A stretch of 64,000 nt of DNA from an uncultured Candidatus Peribacteria bacterium (GTDB taxonomy: Bacteria; Patescibacteriota; Gracilibacteria; BD1-5; UBA6164): contig CAZJHB010000001.1 of NCBI GenBank assembly GCA_964545685.1, positions 118,470 through 182,469 of the forward strand, in the 5' to 3' direction. Under the pieces are notes generated by a model. That model worked only from the letters and a program-made list of their open reading frames with translations. It did not search any database and was not told where the DNA came from. Positions within the stretch are counted from its first letter, which is position 1, and each line of letters begins with the position of its first letter. Shown here in pieces: positions 8,966 through 17,814 of this stretch. The translations under genes were made by a program, and so were the position numbers.

Positions 8966-9925
8966 ATGAACCATTTTAAGGGACTTATATACGGCGGAGC
9001 ACTCGGTGATGCATTAGGAGCACCACATGAAATGAAATATAATAAAAAATTATATAAATATACCGGTAAATTACAATATGATTGGAGATATCAAAGTAGA
9101 TTTATGAAAGAACCAATTTATTATCCAAAGGGACAAGTAACCGATGATACAGAAATGATGATGTGTATTTGTCAAATGTTAGATAATAACAATTTTGAAT
9201 TTAATCGTGAAAAACTTATTTTAAAATATGAAAATTGGGCAAGTAATGGTATTAGATTTTTAGGCCGCAATACTCGTGCGTTACTTAAGGGTATTAAAAC
9301 AGTTCATGGATATGAAAATCGTATGAAAAAAATAAATGAAAATGATAAAGAAAACATGCAATCCAATGGTTGCTTAATGAGAGCCGGTATTTTTGGTTTA
9401 ATGTTAAAGAATTCCACCGATAAAGAAAAAACAAAAGAATTTATTGAAATAGATACACGTATTACCAATCCCAATGATCATTGTGTTGAAATAGTATATC
9501 ACTTTGCACATATTATATGCATGGCCCTTGAAGGTTGTTCGAAAGATGAAATGACAACTTATTTATCAAACATTGAAAATGATTATATCATAGCAGCGAT
9601 ACATAAACAAAATATGGATTTATCTAATAAAGGATGGATATATGTTGCAATATATTGTGCAGTGTATGGATTTTTACATTTTAATACATTTAAGGAAGGA
9701 ATTGATTATATTATTAATGAATTTGATGGCGATACGGATACGAACGCATGTATTGGAGGGTATTTAATGGGTGCCTATTATGGATTCGATGAAATGATAA
9801 AAGATGAAACAACGCGATATAATGTTGATATTATTAAAAACTGCGAATCTGCATCTTCGAATGAATTTATCTTTGGTAAATATTTTACTGATGATAAAAT
9901 CAAAGAACTATATGAAAATATATAA
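8966..9925 (+). CDS. ADP-ribosylglycohydrolase (ARH/DraG family)
   Basis: N-terminal GGALGDALGAPHE and C-terminal DGDTDTNACIGGYLMGAYYG are the two metal-binding signature blocks of the ADP-ribosylglycohydrolase family. Confidence 0.85.
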   Translation: MNHFKGLIYGGALGDALGAPHEMKYNKKLYKYTGKLQYDWRYQSRFMKEPIYYPKGQVTDDTEMMMCICQMLDNNNFEFNREKLILKYENWASNGIRFLGRNTRALLKGIKTVHGYENRMKKINENDKENMQSNGCLMRAGIFGLMLKNSTDKEKTKEFIEIDTRITNPNDHCVEIVYHFAHIICMALEGCSKDEMTTYLSNIENDYIIAAIHKQNMDLSNKGWIYVAIYCAVYGFLHFNTFKEGIDYIINEFDGDTDTNACIGGYLMGAYYGFDEMIKDETTRYNVDIIKNCESASSNEFIFGKYFTDDKIKELYENI

Positions 9926-9958
9926 ATATATAAATTGCTTTTTTTTATATAATCTGTA

Positions 9959-10684
9959 ATGATATCGGAAATAGAAGATATCAAATCAAAATATAATATT
10001 GCAAAAGAATTTTGCAATGATGAAAAATATTTAACACAACAATATAATCAAATGTTGTTAAACTTAAAAAATACATATATGGAAAAAAAAGAAATCGAAA
10101 TAAATAATATTCAGGAACTAGATAATGTTGATTTTCAAACTTTAGAAGATGATATATTAAAAGCACGATATAACTTTATTGAAAAACTTGATAACCAATA
10201 TATTATTAATTTTATTATTGATAAACAAATAAGTAATAAACTTTTTAAACAAAATAAAATATCTCGAAGAGATATTAGTAATATATTAAATAAAGAAACT
10301 AAATTTAAAAAAGTTAAAAAATATATACAAATATTATTAAATTATTTAAATATAGCATTACAAGAAATTAAATATTATCAGACTCAATTATTGGATTTAA
10401 AATCAGTACTTGATGATAATAATATAAAATTGCTACTTTCGATTTATAAAAAATATGTAAAAAGATCTATTTTAAATGATTTAAATTATGATGAATTAGA
10501 AAGTATGTATAAATACATTCTTATAACTATTGAAGATGGTACTGATTTAATTAAATTAATAGATATATATGTATCGGAATATAACCTGTATGATTATGTT
10601 GAATATAAACATAAACAATATATTAAAAATATAAAACATTACAATGAGATTATCGATTGTGTTAATATGTTAATAATTACATAA
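9959..10684 (+). CDS. member A (most divergent) of a 5-gene paralog family, function unknown
   Basis: The N-terminus IEDIKSKYNIAKEFCNDEKYL..LLNLKNTYMEKKEIEINNIQ aligns with the N-termini of ORFs at 12227, 13206, 16708 and 31953. Confidence 0.6.
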   Translation: MISEIEDIKSKYNIAKEFCNDEKYLTQQYNQMLLNLKNTYMEKKEIEINNIQELDNVDFQTLEDDILKARYNFIEKLDNQYIINFIIDKQISNKLFKQNKISRRDISNILNKETKFKKVKKYIQILLNYLNIALQEIKYYQTQLLDLKSVLDDNNIKLLLSIYKKYVKRSILNDLNYDELESMYKYILITIEDGTDLIKLIDIYVSEYNLYDYVEYKHKQYIKNIKHYNEIIDCVNMLIIT

Positions 10685-10750
10685 TTAATATATTCTTTAA
10701 TTTTTTATTTTAAAAAATTAATATTATTTATTAATATGCTATATAGGTAA

Positions 10751-11167
10751 ATGCTTAACGATAAAAAGCAATCCTGTGATTTAATAGAAAAATTTATTGT
10801 TATTATTACCAATAAATATATGCTTGAATTTTTAGATTATGAAACAGAAGATTCAGAATTATCTGAAGATATTGTTGAAAAGATAAATACATTACATGAT
10901 ACAAATAGTCATAAAAATGTAAAATTACTCAAAAGAATTTTAGAAGAATTAAAAGATGCTTATAAATATTATGGTTATAATATGGCCGGTGGTTTTGGTT
11001 TACATGAAATCTACAATAAGGATACATGTGAAGTGGTCACCAATTTAATGAATGAAACAAAAATATATATATTACACGATAGTACACCATCGGATAACAT
11101 ATCATTTTATTATTATTTAAGTGAATTAATCAAAATTAATAAAAAAATTATTAAACTATATAAATAA
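10751..11167 (+). CDS. hypothetical protein (138 aa)
   Basis: Track ORF with ATG start and an AAAAAATTAATATTATTT motif upstream. Confidence 0.55.
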   Translation: MLNDKKQSCDLIEKFIVIITNKYMLEFLDYETEDSELSEDIVEKINTLHDTNSHKNVKLLKRILEELKDAYKYYGYNMAGGFGLHEIYNKDTCEVVTNLMNETKIYILHDSTPSDNISFYYYLSELIKINKKIIKLYK

Positions 11168-12157
11168 TGAACTGTCATAAAATTGTTCATAATTATTTAC
11201 ATTTATTTTTTGTCTAGATTTTTCTTTTTTTAAGCATTCTATGATTTCATCGCCCGGATAGTTTTTTCTCGAACAGCATAACGCGATGATTTTAGCCTGT
11301 TCAATACCTTTAACCAATAGAAATTTATCATTTTGATAAACAACAAATTTTTTATTATAATTAGGAATATCGGTGGTAACGAATTTTTTGAATCTTTCAA
11401 CAAGCCAGATATCATCATCTCTGTTGTCAGGTATAATAATACTATGTATATGGGATTTAACTTCAGCATCTATATATTTATTGTATTTTGACATATTACC
11501 TTTGAATATAATATAACGAGGCCTCCCCATTTCTACCCACCGTCGCTTTGCAGCGTTGTACATTTCTATGTCATATTTAATAATATCATTGTTCTCTTTT
11601 CTAAAACATTCTTCGATGAAAGTATAAATACTTGGGATAGTAATATCCAATGCACGATTGAATAAAACCATTTGATTCTCATTGTTTGATGTATCTGTAC
11701 CATTCATAGAACGTATAATTGATGATATAGCCATTGCGGATTTCGAAGATTTTCCATAATCGACAGCATCGATATGATAAAGATAATTGAAATACACATA
11801 TTCAATAACAAATTGTGTATCAATATCATATTTATCTTTTTTTAACTTATCAATAAGTTGTTTACCGAAATGAAACCAAATTAACCCACATGAAGCCAAT
11901 TTTTGTTCAATCAAGACGCCTGTGTTATTATAGTTCTTTTTAATTTCATTAAATGTTGATTGATGATGATCATATCGATTTTTTACATAATCATAAATAC
12001 CACCAACATCAATTACAATATCAGCTTCGTTTATAATATCTTGTTTTCTTGTACGAATTATATTGATATTTTCTCTACCATAAAGTAAAATCAATATAGA
12101 AATCGCACAAACTTCATCGGCATGAAAATTCCCACCATGTGTAACTATGTTTAACAT
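11156..12157 (-). CDS. MYG1/UPF0160 family metal-dependent hydrolase (DHH-like)
   Basis: N-terminal IVTHGGNFHADEVCAISIL matches the MYG1 signature (THnGtFHcDEalAc). The length of ~330 aa is typical. Confidence 0.8.
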   Translation of the reverse strand: MLNIVTHGGNFHADEVCAISILILLYGRENINIIRTRKQDIINEADIVIDVGGIYDYVKNRYDHHQSTFNEIKKNYNNTGVLIEQKLASCGLIWFHFGKQLIDKLKKDKYDIDTQFVIEYVYFNYLYHIDAVDYGKSSKSAMAISSIIRSMNGTDTSNNENQMVLFNRALDITIPSIYTFIEECFRKENNDIIKYDIEMYNAAKRRWVEMGRPRYIIFKGNMSKYNKYIDAEVKSHIHSIIIPDNRDDDIWLVERFKKFVTTDIPNYNKKFVVYQNDKFLLVKGIEQAKIIALCCSRKNYPGDEIIECLKKEKSRQKINVNNYEQFYDSSLFI

Positions 12158-12226
12158 ATGTAAACAGCATTATATACAAAATTATTAAATTTTATAAAAT
12201 GATTATATTTACTAAAATGTATTGTT

Positions 12227-12955
12227 ATGTCTGAGCTTCAAGATATTAGTAATAAATTTGAAATCGCAAAAGAATTTAGTGATGATGAAAAAAGTTTAAA
12301 ACAAAAATTAATCAATTTAAAAGAACAATATACTAAAGCACAAGATGTAGAAAAAAATAATATTCAATATAGCAACGATGAAGTTTTCATTTATATAAAA
12401 AAAATACCAGATGATATTATTGAATTAAAACTTCAAATTATAAAACAATTTATGGTATTTCCAATTAATACAATGCTTTTTAAAGAATATCATTATATCG
12501 ATGGTATTAATGATGATGTGATTGCAAAAAGTCTAGAAAAATTAAATATACCCACCGATATCTATGACAAATCACTAATTACTAGGTATAACGGGAATAT
12601 GGCCATAAATTTAAGTAAATGCTTAATTAATTTAAATCTTAAAAAAATAAAATATAATACATTAATTAGTTCGTTAATAAATATCTTATTTATTATATAT
12701 AGCAAAAATGTATTTATTAAAACACGACTTAAATATAAATATATGATTAAAGATAGCAAAGAATATTATGATCAAGATTTATATAAACTAATACAGTATT
12801 ATGATAAACAACCAACATCTAACTACTGTATAGAAAACCAAGATAATCTTGTAACACACTTGCAACAATGTAAAGATGTTAAAGAAAGTATCATAGATTT
12901 AATAAAAATGTTGAATTCTTACTATTCAAATATAAATGATACTAATTTCGTATAG
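12227..12955 (+). CDS. paralog family member B, truncated by an in-frame TAG
   Basis: N-terminus LQDISNKFEIAKEFSDDEKSLKQK. The ORF stops at TAG 12953-12955, but the same frame continues for 29 codons (TKINKCQEKVDYYVDLIKKIDDILDPKFD, TAA at 13043-13045). Those codons align with the conserved C-terminal tail of the paralogs. Confidence 0.6.
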   Translation: MSELQDISNKFEIAKEFSDDEKSLKQKLINLKEQYTKAQDVEKNNIQYSNDEVFIYIKKIPDDIIELKLQIIKQFMVFPINTMLFKEYHYIDGINDDVIAKSLEKLNIPTDIYDKSLITRYNGNMAINLSKCLINLNLKKIKYNTLISSLINILFIIYSKNVFIKTRLKYKYMIKDSKEYYDQDLYKLIQYYDKQPTSNYCIENQDNLVTHLQQCKDVKESIIDLIKMLNSYYSNINDTNFV

Positions 12956-13044
12956 ACTAAAATTAATAAATGTCAAGAAAAAGTTGATTATTATGTCGAT
13001 TTAATTAAAAAGATTGATGATATTTTAGATCCCAAATTTGACTA

Positions 13045-13212
13045 AAAATAAAAAATGATTATATTTTTTATTAGTAAAGGATAGCTTATACGTTTGCTAT
13101 ACCTCCTATTATAAATTCTACTGTACGTGCGATGCATTAGTATAGTAAGAATTTTTTTTAGTAAAAAATAAAAAGTGAATATATTTAATATTCATAATAT
13201 TGTATATGGACG
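13045..13212. repeat. copy 1 of a ~165-nt intergenic repeat (promoter-like motif, two hairpins, T-run, second promoter-like motif)
   Basis: Over ~115 nt (aaaataaaaaatgattatattttttattagtaaaggatagcttatacgtttgctatacctcctattataaattctactgtacgtgcgatgcattagtatagtaagaattttttt) it is identical to 16546-16660. The remainder up to ATGGACGTG is near-identical. Confidence 0.85.
13113..13154 (+). other. 14-bp imperfect stem-loop inside the repeat (possible 3'-end or ncRNA structure)
   Basis: aaattctactgtac (13113-13126) pairs with gtatagtaagaattt (13140-13154) with one bulged A and one G-U pair; the loop is 13 nt and a T-run follows. A second hairpin ggatagc/gctatacc lies at 13079-13103. Confidence 0.35.
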
Positions 13213-14042
13213 TGTTTGAGGATATTGTCGCTAAATTTGAAATTGCAAAAGAATTTAGTGGTGATGAAAAATTTTTAAAACAAAAATTTATACAAAAATT
13301 AATCAATTTAAAAAAATATTATATTAAAGAACAAGATAAAGAAAAAAATACTATTAAATCTATTAAAGATGAAGGCTTTTCTTATGAAAAAAATATGCCA
13401 AATGATATTATTGACTTAAAACTTCAAATTATAAAACAATTTATGGAATTTCCGATTAATACAATGCTGAAAAAAATCCAACAAACTCAAAATTGTGGTA
13501 AAATAAAAAAATATGCTGAGGACTTCGGTGTAATCGATATTTATGATAGATCAGAAACTAATCATTACCATTGTTTATGTATAAGTATTCCTATTTATTT
13601 AGAAGCTTTAAATCATAAGTTAATGTCGCATCGTGATGTAATAAATGTTTTATTAATACTACTTAGTGCTATGGATAATAGTATTTCAACTATTGAAGAT
13701 AGTATTTCAAATATTAAAGATACTATTAAATCAGATATTAAAACTGATCATTTATGTTATAGTCTATATTATAATAAATATATAGATTTTTATATAAACT
13801 TTAAGAATAATAATTATAACGCATATTTAGAAACAGAAGATAATCTCGAAAAACATCTACAACAGTGTAAATATGTCAAAGAAAATATCATATGTTTGAT
13901 TAAAATGCTGAATTCTTACTATTCAGATATTAACAATATTAATTCCGTACAGGCTAAAATTGATGAATGTCAAGAAAAAATTGATAATTATGATAAATTG
14001 ATCAAAGAAATCGATGATAGTTTAGATTCTAATTTTGAATAA
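13206..14042 (+). CDS. paralog family member C
   Basis: Track ORF 13200..14042 starts at TTG; the ATG at 13206 (MDVFEDIVAKFEIAKEFSGDEKFLKQK) matches the start of member D. The C-terminal tail AKIDECQEKIDNYDKLIKEIDDSLDSNFE is identical to member D. Confidence 0.65.
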   Translation: MDVFEDIVAKFEIAKEFSGDEKFLKQKFIQKLINLKKYYIKEQDKEKNTIKSIKDEGFSYEKNMPNDIIDLKLQIIKQFMEFPINTMLKKIQQTQNCGKIKKYAEDFGVIDIYDRSETNHYHCLCISIPIYLEALNHKLMSHRDVINVLLILLSAMDNSISTIEDSISNIKDTIKSDIKTDHLCYSLYYNKYIDFYINFKNNNYNAYLETEDNLEKHLQQCKYVKENIICLIKMLNSYYSDINNINSVQAKIDECQEKIDNYDKLIKEIDDSLDSNFE

Positions 14043-14061
14043 AAAATGATTCATTATTATA

Positions 14062-16476
14062 TTATAAATTAAATTGTTTAGAATAATTATAAAAATCATA
14101 TTTATTGATAAAATTTTTTGCACATAATAAAGCTAACGATGAATGATCAGTTTTATTGTTTGTTTCTATATTTTTTTCTTTTAAAATTTTTTTTAATTTT
14201 GGTACTCCACATGTTAAAGCTGCATCTAATGAAGTTATTGCTGTGGATGGAGTTAATTTAGGCGTTGGTTGATTGAGGCAGTAGTAATTTAATTCACATA
14301 AACAACATTTACAAACAAATAATAAATAATTTGGACGACTAATATTTATACATTTAATTTTATGTAATGGACACATTTGATTTTCATCAATATTATTATA
14401 TTTTAATATTATTTTATTGTCATTTGATATATTATAAAAATATTTATTATAACATTTTTCACACAGATGTTTATTATGAACGATATTATCAGTTTTTTTA
14501 TTACAACATATACACTTATTATTAGAGCATGTTAATCCTATTATATTGTAATCATATTTTGTTTCGATATAAGGATTACCACAATTACATTGTTTTATAT
14601 CTGAATTATTATGCATGTAATAATATATATTGTTGCTTATTTTGATGTGTTTTAAACATTCTTCACAAACAGGAATATCTTGATTTGATACCATTTTATT
14701 GCAAATTTTACAATATTTTAAACATTTGGGGCATGATATATTTATTTTAATACCATTTACATGAAAACAATAACAACTATTACACAGTGTTGATATGTAT
14801 TTTTCAATTTTCGTTTGACCTTTATTAAATGTTTTTTCGATTATATCACTATCAATAATATTATGCATAGGACATATATAATCATAAATTTTAATATATT
14901 TAAATTTTATTAATAAGTTACTATTACAGTTTGGACATTTTATGTTTACTCTACATTTTTTATAATTTTTACAAAAAGATGGATAATAATTTATTTGTAG
15001 TGTATGATTTAATTTTAATTTATATATTTCATTATTTACAATAAATTTATTATTGAATAAATTATTATTTAAATTTTTTTTCGGAATTAATTTCATAAAA
15101 ATATTAAAAGCATCTGGATGTTGTAAAATTTTATTTTTAAAATATCCAATTTTTGGAATTTGTGAATTAATATAACTATTATAATTTTTTTGGATAAAAT
15201 CTAATATTATATAATTAATAGTGTTTTTAGTATAATATTCATCAATATATCGTATATCTAATGATTTTTTCCATTTTTTTAATTCATTTGGTTTTGGATA
15301 TAAATCATACAAATTAAATAAATCAATCCAACCATTCCAATCATTCCAATATATATTAGACGGAGTAAGTGGTAGAAATAGTATAGTATTACATGCTTCA
15401 TAGTATTCGTCAATTGAGTTTATTTTTTTATCATTAACAAATTTTTTAAATTCTAAATAATCTTTTATTATATATGGATTTGTATTAGATTTATTATATA
15501 TTTTGGTATTATATATAATATAATTATTTATATCTTCTTTAATCATTTTATTTAGTTTATAATTAATATCTTTTTTATAATAGGTATAACTTTTTTTATA
15601 AAAATTATCTGATAAAATTTTCATTGTATGTTTTGTATTTTTAATATCTATTATTTCATTAATATTATGATTATTACAAATAATTAATGATGTTTCTTTA
15701 ACATTATAAATTCTAAAATATCGTAATATAAAATTTTTTATATTATTAATACTTCCAGTATCAAGATCTATAATGCAATCAAAATTTTCTAATATATTAT
15801 ATTTATAATATGTCTTATTATAAACAATATTAATATTTTTATTACATGTTCGTTGTGTCTGATGAGTATATTTTGTTGATATTGCAAATATATTATAATC
15901 AGTAATACTTTCATTAAAAATATGAAACCAAGATTTTATATTATTTACTTTATTATCATTACTTAATCCACAAAAACATAATATATTTTTATAATTGTTG
16001 TTATATATTATGTTTCTAATAAATTCAATTACATTATTGTTTAAAAATGTATTACCAATAATATGAATATCATTATTTGTTAAAATATTTTTTTCATATA
16101 ATTCGGGTATATAGCTTTCATAATAAATATAACTATCAAATAATTTATACTTAGAATTATTAAAATGGTTATATGGCAATATACCTATTAATCTTGTTGT
16201 ATTAATATTATCAATAGTATATTGTGTTTGAAATGGAAATAATATTATTACAATATCATATTTTTCATTATTATCATAATTTTCTGAAATATTTTTTAAA
16301 TTATATTTAGTTAATTTATCAGAAGGATATAATAATAATTTTTTGCCATTATATAATTCAAATAATTTACTTATTAAATTTATAAGCATCATATTAGGAG
16401 ATATAATTAAACCTTTATTACTATTATTATGTTTTAAAACATAATTATTATAAATAAATTGTTCGTATTTATTCAT
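14062..16476 (-). CDS. large Cys-rich (multiple CxxC zinc-ribbon-like) protein, function unknown
   Basis: 804-aa ORF. Its C-terminal half holds more than ten CxxC pairs (CPNCNSN, CPKCLKYCKICNK, CEECLKH, CEKCYNKY, CKCCLCE). There may be a SAP-like stretch near the C-terminus (LKKILKEKNIETNNK). It sits between paralogs C and D on the opposite strand. Confidence 0.6.
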   Translation of the reverse strand: MNKYEQFIYNNYVLKHNNSNKGLIISPNMMLINLISKLFELYNGKKLLLYPSDKLTKYNLKNISENYDNNEKYDIVIILFPFQTQYTIDNINTTRLIGILPYNHFNNSKYKLFDSYIYYESYIPELYEKNILTNNDIHIIGNTFLNNNVIEFIRNIIYNNNYKNILCFCGLSNDNKVNNIKSWFHIFNESITDYNIFAISTKYTHQTQRTCNKNINIVYNKTYYKYNILENFDCIIDLDTGSINNIKNFILRYFRIYNVKETSLIICNNHNINEIIDIKNTKHTMKILSDNFYKKSYTYYKKDINYKLNKMIKEDINNYIIYNTKIYNKSNTNPYIIKDYLEFKKFVNDKKINSIDEYYEACNTILFLPLTPSNIYWNDWNGWIDLFNLYDLYPKPNELKKWKKSLDIRYIDEYYTKNTINYIILDFIQKNYNSYINSQIPKIGYFKNKILQHPDAFNIFMKLIPKKNLNNNLFNNKFIVNNEIYKLKLNHTLQINYYPSFCKNYKKCRVNIKCPNCNSNLLIKFKYIKIYDYICPMHNIIDSDIIEKTFNKGQTKIEKYISTLCNSCYCFHVNGIKINISCPKCLKYCKICNKMVSNQDIPVCEECLKHIKISNNIYYYMHNNSDIKQCNCGNPYIETKYDYNIIGLTCSNNKCICCNKKTDNIVHNKHLCEKCYNKYFYNISNDNKIILKYNNIDENQMCPLHKIKCINISRPNYLLFVCKCCLCELNYYCLNQPTPKLTPSTAITSLDAALTCGVPKLKKILKEKNIETNNKTDHSSLALLCAKNFINKYDFYNYSKQFNL

Positions 16477-16545
16477 TTATATATCAATATATAATATAAA
16501 TATACTATATAAGAATATAAATAATATACATTATTTATATATTAA

Positions 16546-16714
16546 TAAAAATAAAAAATGATTATATTTTTTATTAGTAAAGGATAGCTTATACGTTTGC
16601 TATACCTCCTATTATAAATTCTACTGTACGTGCGATGCATTAGTATAGTAAGAATTTTTTTAGTAAAAAAACAAAAAAATGAATATATTTATCATTTATG
16701 ATATTGTATGGACG
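16546..16714. repeat. copy 2 of the ~165-nt intergenic repeat
   Basis: See copy 1. It lies immediately upstream of paralog D. Confidence 0.85.
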
Positions 16715-17643
16715 TGCATCAAGCTATTGCCGACGTAGTTGAAATTACAAAAGATAACAATAACAGTAAAAAAATTTTAAAGCAAAAAATGAACGAGTTG
16801 ATATGTCAATATATTCGCGGTCAAGGTGGAGATAAAAAGAATTTAACACAAAACTTAACGATCTTATTTACTCAATATATGAATGGAATATTCGAAGACG
16901 AAAAACAATTAAAACAAAAACCTATGCAAAAATTAATCAATTTAAAAGAATATGACATTAAAGAACAAGATGAAGAAAAAAATAATATTAAATCTATTAA
17001 AGATAAACATGGTTATTATAAAAATATACCAGATGATATTATTGAATTAAAACTTCAAATTATAAAACAATTTATAGAATTTCCAATTAATACAATGTTA
17101 AAAGAAAACCAAGAAACTCAAAATTGTGCTAAAATATTAAAAACTGCAGAAGATTTCGGTGTAAAAGATATTTATGTTGATTCTAATAAACATAATAAAC
17201 ATTGTTTAAGTTTAAATATTACTGATATGTTAGAAGCTTTAAATAATAAAAAATTACCATATAATGATGTAATAATGAGTTTATTAACATTACTTAGTGT
17301 TATGGAATATAAGATTTTAAAAATTAAATCTAAAATCAGCTCAAATATTATAGAAGAACATATATATCCTAATCAAGATTTAAGTGTATATGCAAACTTC
17401 TACAAAAACTACTATAAAATTAAATACAATGAATATCCGGAAACACAAGATAATCTCGAAAAACATCTACAGCAGTGTAAATATGTTAAAGAAAATACTA
17501 TAAATTTGATAGAAATGTTAACGTCTTATAATTCGAATATTAATTCTGTAAAGGCTAAAATTGATGAATGTCAAGAAAAGATTGATAATTATGATAAATT
17601 GATCAAAGAAATCGATGATAGTCTAGATTCTAATTTTGAATAA
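16708..17643 (+). CDS. paralog family member D (with N-terminal insertion)
   Basis: MDVHQ... start. There is a ~45-aa insertion relative to member C before EDEKQLKQK.MQKLINLKEY. The rest is colinear with C, and the last ~30 codons are almost identical at DNA level. Confidence 0.65.
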   Translation: MDVHQAIADVVEITKDNNNSKKILKQKMNELICQYIRGQGGDKKNLTQNLTILFTQYMNGIFEDEKQLKQKPMQKLINLKEYDIKEQDEEKNNIKSIKDKHGYYKNIPDDIIELKLQIIKQFIEFPINTMLKENQETQNCAKILKTAEDFGVKDIYVDSNKHNKHCLSLNITDMLEALNNKKLPYNDVIMSLLTLLSVMEYKILKIKSKISSNIIEEHIYPNQDLSVYANFYKNYYKIKYNEYPETQDNLEKHLQQCKYVKENTINLIEMLTSYNSNINSVKAKIDECQEKIDNYDKLIKEIDDSLDSNFE

Positions 17644-17650
17644 AAATCAA

Positions 17651-17760
17651 AAAAAATGATTATATTTTCTATTAATAAAGAATAGCCTATACGTGCGATG
17701 CATTAGTATATTAAGAATTTTTTACTAAAAAACAAAAAATGAATATTTTTTATTATTTGC
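17651..17760. repeat. copy 3 of the intergenic repeat, internally deleted, no paralog gene downstream
   Basis: aaaaaaaatgattatattttctattaataaagaatagcctatacgt|gcgatgcattagtatattaagaatttttt. The segment between two tacgt words, which carries one arm of each hairpin, is missing. It is followed by aaaaaatgaatattttttattatttgc. Confidence 0.7.
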
Positions 17761-17814
17761 TTTGTCTACTCCGGTAGATTCAGCACGGACAACCGTTGTA
17801 TATTTGCTTGCCAT

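Noticed and set aside
13079-13156. tRNA-like or other known RNA gene in the duplicated two-hairpin element
   Set aside because: There are only two hairpins and no cloverleaf. I could see no T-loop GTTCRANYC-like box or anticodon-arm geometry. It is kept only as a candidate structured element. I recognised no tRNA anywhere in the window by eye, and tRNAscan-SE should confirm this.
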